A stretch of DNA of 64,000 bases from a virus: IMG/VR virus record IMGVR_UViG_3300044922_000409, positions 35,738-99,737 of that record; one strand, 5' to 3'. The notes under the pieces were generated by a model that worked only from the letters and a program-made list of their open reading frames with translations, was not told the origin of the DNA and did no database searches. Below are positions 59,934-64,000 of the stretch, one piece after another; position 1 is the stretch's first letter; the number at the start of each line of letters is the position of its first letter. A program made the translations under genes and the position numbers.

Positions 59934-62211
59934 TAACTATTAAATCAGTAGTAGGTAACTCAGTAGTTAACAATGGAACTTTTGCAACTTTAGCTTTTGG
60001 AACAAGTAACAACTTGTCGTCTTCTACAGTAATTGTTAACCAACCGCCTTGTTTTAAATCACCAAATAACATCATTTTAGCAAGATCACATTTGATTTCT
60101 TTATCAATAACACGATGTAACGGTCTTGCACCCATTTTAGCATCAAATCCTTTTTCTAACAACCAATTAGTAGCAGCTTTGTCAATTTTAATACGGATTG
60201 GTTTTTCTTTAACTTGCTCACGTAATTCAGCTATGCATTTGTTAATTACCTTAATCATTGTATCCTTACTTAATTTATTAAATGTAATAACGCCATCTAA
60301 TCTATTACGGAATTCAGGCGACAGGAATTTTTTAAGATCAGTGTCTGCGTAATCTTTCTCCTGCGATCCAAACCCGATTTGATTCTTTTCTGCAGATTGT
60401 GCTCCTGCATTAGTAGTTAAAATTAATACAACATGTCGACAATCTGCTTGTTTACCATTTGATCCAGTAATAAATCCGTTATCCATTATCTGTAACAATA
60501 CAGTAGATACATCAGGATGTGATTTTTCAATCTCATCAAACAGTAACACTGCATTCGGATTTTCTTGGATCTGTGTAATTAGCAAACCTGCATTATCTTC
60601 AAACCCTACGTATCCAGGCGGGCTACCAATTAATTTACTAATACTATGTTTTTCTTGATATTCACTCATATCAAATCGTAACAATTTAGTATTCAAGTGT
60701 TTAGCAAGTGCTTTTGCAGTTTCTGTTTTACCACACCCTGTAGGCCCCATAAATACAAAACTACCAATCGGTTTGTTGTCTTGCTTTAGACCTGCTTGTG
60801 CTACTATAATTTTGTTAACTACTTCAGTTAACGCAGTAGTTTGACCGAACACTTCTTCTTCAAGTTTTTCTTGCAACGATGCTAATGAATTAGTTTCAGT
60901 TTGCATAATCTGTTCAACTGGCATGTTAACCATTTTAGATAGTTCAAACTGAATATCAGCTTCTGTTACTACTCGTGAATCTGCAAGTTTTAAGTTAAAT
61001 CTTGAACATGCACAGTCAATTAAATCAATAGCTTTATCAGGAAGTTTTTTATCTGCTTGATATTTTACTGATAGTTTAATTGATGCGGTTAACGCTTCGT
61101 CTTTAATCTTGAGATTATGATGTCCTTCATAGTACTTTTTAATACCTTTAAGAATTTGCAACGTCATCTCTTGTGTAGGTTCATCAATTGTAATACGTTG
61201 GAATCTTCGCATTAATGCACGATCTTTTTCAAAATGTTTGCGATATTCTTCCCATGTAGTAGAAGCAATAACTTTAATGTTACCTTTGCTCAATGCTGGT
61301 TTCATCATATTTGCTAAATCGTTAGCAGAGTTACCTGATGATCCAGCACCACTAATCATATGGGCTTCGTCAATAAATAACACGCATTTTCCAAGTTTCT
61401 GCAATGATTTAATAACTGCTTTAAATCGTTCTTCAAAATCGCCACGATATTTAGATCCTGCTAGCATTGCTGCAATATCAAGATTATATACAGTATAGTC
61501 AGTTAAGAACTCAGGAACTGCACCATTAACGATATTATAAGCAAGACCTTCGGCAATTGCAGTTTTGCCTACACCTGGATCGCCCACCATAATCACATTA
61601 TTTTTATTTCTGCGACCTAATGCTAGTGAAATATGCTCAAGTTCATCAATGCGTCCGATAACAGGATCAATCTTCTTTTGTTTAACTTCTTCGTTAAGAT
61701 TAGTAGTGTATGCCTGTAACGCTTTGTGTGAAGTTGGAGCAGATTTAGCAGAACCTGTGCTTTGACCATCATCATCAGCTATGTTAACTAGGTATTCTGC
61801 ATATTTTTCTTTAGTAATATTTACTTGTGCAATATAAAAGAATGCCCATGAACGTTTTTCGCCCATCATAGCTAAGAAAAAATCAGCCGGTTCAATCTGT
61901 TGGCTGCCATTAAACAATACCTGTGTAAATGCACGATTTAACGATCGTTCAACTGCTTGTGTTTTTTTAGGTTTAACTACTACTTCAACTGTAGTAATCT
62001 CTTGGCATTTAGTTTGTAAATGAGTAAGTACTAAATTTTTTAGATAAGTAGTGTCTGCACCAAAATGTTGTAACGATGCAACAAACCCTTCGTCTTCCAT
62101 AAGCAGCGAAAATAGGACGTGTTCGAGTGTAACATATTCGTGATGCATATTTTTTGCAGAGGCAATTGCTTTATCAAAGATTGCTTGTAATTTTTCGCTC
62201 GGTTCGACCAT
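59923..62211 (-). CDS. clpA: ATP-dependent Clp protease ATP-binding subunit, ClpA-like
   Basis: Clp N-domain, two AAA modules (GDPGVGKT and GPTGCGKT), GSKYRGDF and GSPPGYVG pore loops, IGF loop, and no ClpB middle domain. Confidence 0.92.
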   Translation of the reverse strand: MVEPSEKLQAIFDKAIASAKNMHHEYVTLEHVLFSLLMEDEGFVASLQHFGADTTYLKNLVLTHLQTKCQEITTVEVVVKPKKTQAVERSLNRAFTQVLFNGSQQIEPADFFLAMMGEKRSWAFFYIAQVNITKEKYAEYLVNIADDDGQSTGSAKSAPTSHKALQAYTTNLNEEVKQKKIDPVIGRIDELEHISLALGRRNKNNVIMVGDPGVGKTAIAEGLAYNIVNGAVPEFLTDYTVYNLDIAAMLAGSKYRGDFEERFKAVIKSLQKLGKCVLFIDEAHMISGAGSSGNSANDLANMMKPALSKGNIKVIASTTWEEYRKHFEKDRALMRRFQRITIDEPTQEMTLQILKGIKKYYEGHHNLKIKDEALTASIKLSVKYQADKKLPDKAIDLIDCACSRFNLKLADSRVVTEADIQFELSKMVNMPVEQIMQTETNSLASLQEKLEEEVFGQTTALTEVVNKIIVAQAGLKQDNKPIGSFVFMGPTGCGKTETAKALAKHLNTKLLRFDMSEYQEKHSISKLIGSPPGYVGFEDNAGLLITQIQENPNAVLLFDEIEKSHPDVSTVLLQIMDNGFITGSNGKQADCRHVVLILTTNAGAQSAEKNQIGFGSQEKDYADTDLKKFLSPEFRNRLDGVITFNKLSKDTMIKVINKCIAELREQVKEKPIRIKIDKAATNWLLEKGFDAKMGARPLHRVIDKEIKCDLAKMMLFGDLKQGGWLTITVEDDKLLLVPKAKVAKVPLLTTELPTTDLIVNEN

Positions 62212-62244
62212 AATAATTCCTTGTAGTAGTTAAAGTAAAGTTAT

Positions 62245-62272
62245 ATTATACATTATTATACGTAAATGTCAA
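62245..62272 (-). promoter_or_regulatory. sigma70-type promoter TTGACA-16-TATAAT
   Basis: Perfect hexamers upstream of clpA. Confidence 0.65.
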
Positions 62273-63108
62273 CTTATCTGGTTGTTTATTTCTTGTAATT
62301 GTGCTATTAAATCTGGATTAGTAATAGCAGGTACTTTAATTTTAATAACAGCTACAAATCGACCAGTTTGTTTACTGTGTAAATTAGTAAATCCTAAACC
62401 ACTAGTTGCATATTCAGTACCTGTTGAATCACCAGGTTTAACTGTTATATCAATTGTAGTTCCAGATATAGTAGTAACTGATTTAACACACCCTATCATA
62501 GCTTCAATTGGATTAATTTCTATTGTAGTATATACGTCATTTCCTTCACGTTTAAATTTAGAATCGGGTAATATAATAACCGATACATTAAGATGACCGC
62601 GTGGGATATTTGGAATGGAGTCATCACCTAATCCCTGATAGCGAATAGTATCTCCTGTATCGATGCCTGCTGGCAAATTTATCGAAACAGTTTGAGATTT
62701 GCCACTTGGTAAAGTAAAGGTAGCATCTAATTGTTTGCCGTTAAACGAATCAACTAATGATACTTGTACTTGCAGATTTAAATCTGTATTACGTTGTTGC
62801 TGCCTAAACCCATTACCAAATGTTTGACTAAAATGGGCATGTTGGCCAAATATGTCATGCATGTTAAAGGTATGTCTAAATCCTCCACCTGAAAATCCAA
62901 AATTGTTTCCGGATTGTTGATTATCATATTCTGAACGTTTTTGTGGATCACTCAACGTGTCGTATGCAACTGATATATCTTTAAATGCAGATTGGTCGCC
63001 ACCAGATTTATCAGGATGGTGTTGATTAGCTAATTTTCTATATGCTTTTTTAATTTCGTCTTGTGTTGCAGTTTGGGATACACCCAGTTTTGAATAAAAG
63101 TCTGTCAT
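62269..63108 (-). CDS. dnaJ: Class B J-domain co-chaperone (DnaJ/CbpA-like)
   Basis: J-domain with HPD, G/F region and C-terminal substrate domains. No Zn finger. Confidence 0.9.
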   Translation of the reverse strand: MTDFYSKLGVSQTATQDEIKKAYRKLANQHHPDKSGGDQSAFKDISVAYDTLSDPQKRSEYDNQQSGNNFGFSGGGFRHTFNMHDIFGQHAHFSQTFGNGFRQQQRNTDLNLQVQVSLVDSFNGKQLDATFTLPSGKSQTVSINLPAGIDTGDTIRYQGLGDDSIPNIPRGHLNVSVIILPDSKFKREGNDVYTTIEINPIEAMIGCVKSVTTISGTTIDITVKPGDSTGTEYATSGLGFTNLHSKQTGRFVAVIKIKVPAITNPDLIAQLQEINNQIS

Positions 63109-63128
63109 AGTTAATGTCTCATAATAAA

Positions 63129-63175
63129 AGGTCAGTTTGTATAGTAATTATACTATACAACGACTGACCTGTCAA
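63129..63175 (-). promoter_or_regulatory. sigma70 promoter (TTGACA-17-TATAAT) overlapping an 18-bp-arm inverted repeat/terminator
   Basis: Minus strand: AGGTCAGT(CG)TTGTATAGTA-TAAT-TACTATACAA-ACTGACCT-TTT. Confidence 0.7.
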
Positions 63176-63183
63176 GATTTTGA

Positions 63184-63420
63184 TTACTTATGTTTTTTAA
63201 CTACTTTTTTTGGAGCTGGTTTTACAACTGCCTTTTTAGGTGGAACTTTTTTACCTTCAAATTTCTTATGAACTTTGATAGTTTTGCATTGTTTCTTACC
63301 TTTTACAGTTTTGCAAACTTCTTTAGTAGTTGGGCCAACATGCCCTTCTTCATAGTTAGCATATGCAACTGGTGAAGCTGCCAACATGCCAATTATAATT
63401 AATGATAATAGTTTTTTCAT
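63184..63420 (-). CDS. Small secreted Lys-rich protein
   Basis: Sec signal peptide MKKLLSLIIIGMLAASPVAYA, two Cys and a basic tail. Confidence 0.7.
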   Translation of the reverse strand: MKKLLSLIIIGMLAASPVAYANYEEGHVGPTTKEVCKTVKGKKQCKTIKVHKKFEGKKVPPKKAVVKPAPKKVVKKHK

Positions 63421-63429
63421 AATGTTTCC

Positions 63430-63879
63430 TTAAATTGGTTCATCTGATTTTGGAATTGGTTTTGCCATCGGTCTTTTTCTAACAGGTGCAGGAGCTTCTT
63501 CAACTACCGGTGCAGGCGCAGGTGCTGGCGGTACATATACCGGTGCAGGCGCAGGTGCATAAACTGGAGTCGGAGCTGGTGATTCTTGCGGTGCTGGCAT
63601 GAAACTACCCATTCCAGGTAAAGACGGTGTGTTAATTTTTTCTTGTGTACGACCGTGTGCCGAAATACCTAATACAACACCCATTGCAATGTGATAAAGT
63701 CCACCACCTTGTAATGTTAATGGTTGCCACATGTCTAAGTTTTGACCGGGGTTATAGTATTGTAATACGTTGTATAGAATCGGTCCTACAATAAAGTCAA
63801 ACAAACATGTTGCCATGTATGTCATTGCCATCATTGGGCGCCAATATTTTGTCATAAAATCCTCTTTGTTTTCTTCCAT
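63430..63879 (-). CDS. Putative holin (3TM GTA-holin-like) with Pro-rich tail
   Basis: WRPMM..Y transmembrane segments and LG....GRT.EK motif. Confidence 0.6.
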   Translation of the reverse strand: MEENKEDFMTKYWRPMMAMTYMATCLFDFIVGPILYNVLQYYNPGQNLDMWQPLTLQGGGLYHIAMGVVLGISAHGRTQEKINTPSLPGMGSFMPAPQESPAPTPVYAPAPAPVYVPPAPAPAPVVEEAPAPVRKRPMAKPIPKSDEPI

Positions 63880-63894
63880 TTACGTTCCTTGTAT

Positions 63895-63999
63895 TTAAAT
63901 TGCTTTTGCAGCGGTTGATGCAATTGTGATTGCAGTGTTTATAATTTTGTTTAATTCAGTTTGTGCGTTAAGTGCTGCCGCATCTTCGATGATAATTCC
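63895..63999 (-). CDS. 3' end of a hypothetical protein (truncated by the window edge)
   Basis: Open frame ...GIIIEDAAALNAQTELNKIINTAITIASTAAKAI*. Confidence 0.5.
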   Translation of the reverse strand, partial: GIIIEDAAALNAQTELNKIINTAITIASTAAKAI

Positions 64000-64000
64000 A

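Noticed and set aside
34488-63375. Plus-strand ORFs within the minus-strand gene block
   Set aside because: They are antisense to well-supported genes such as pol, clpA and dnaJ.
1-64000. Stop-codon reassignment
   Set aside because: ORFs up to 13 kb are intact in the standard code, and TAG and TGA end genes at plausible boundaries (e.g. 1741, 21839, 31600).
1-64000. tRNA/rRNA genes, integrase, transposase, reverse transcriptase
   Set aside because: None was recognised by eye, and the intergenic gaps are short and mostly explained by promoters or terminators.

Overview
This window is a 64 kb segment of an AT-rich, large T4-like (myovirus or jumbo-type) bacteriophage genome that uses the standard genetic code. 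Positions 1-31600 (+ strand) form a baseplate/tail module: a gp5-like spike, gp25, a gp6-like wedge, a 4355-aa structural protein, three paralogous fibre-like proteins, and a 2730-aa adhesin with Ig/Calx-like repeats ending in a DUF1566/C-type-lectin-like domain. After a bidirectional terminator (~31626-31652) all genes lie on the - strand: thyX, a MoxR/vWA-metallopeptidase pair, a T4 RNase H-like nuclease, a 7-deazaguanine DNA-modification cluster, the sliding clamp and family B polymerase, a DsbA-like protein, a block of probable capsid-internal (ejected) proteins, a ligase-like/HxGH nucleotidyltransferase fusion, clpA, a class B dnaJ and a holin-like gene. The modification cluster contains queE, folE, a PRTase, a GT-B glycosyltransferase, a DpdL/QueD-like T-fold protein, an unknown 174-aa protein and a TGT-fold DpdA-like protein. 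The best candidate for a new system is this cluster, which shows no queC in the window, includes a glycosyltransferase, and has a DpdA whose C-terminal motif resembles the polymerase's putative clamp-binding tail. That combination suggests a replication-coupled, possibly glycosylated guanine hypermodification. Also notable are a tandem covarying RNA hairpin upstream of the polymerase and sigma70 promoters embedded in inverted repeats. All functional calls come from recognising motifs by eye; no database searches were run.
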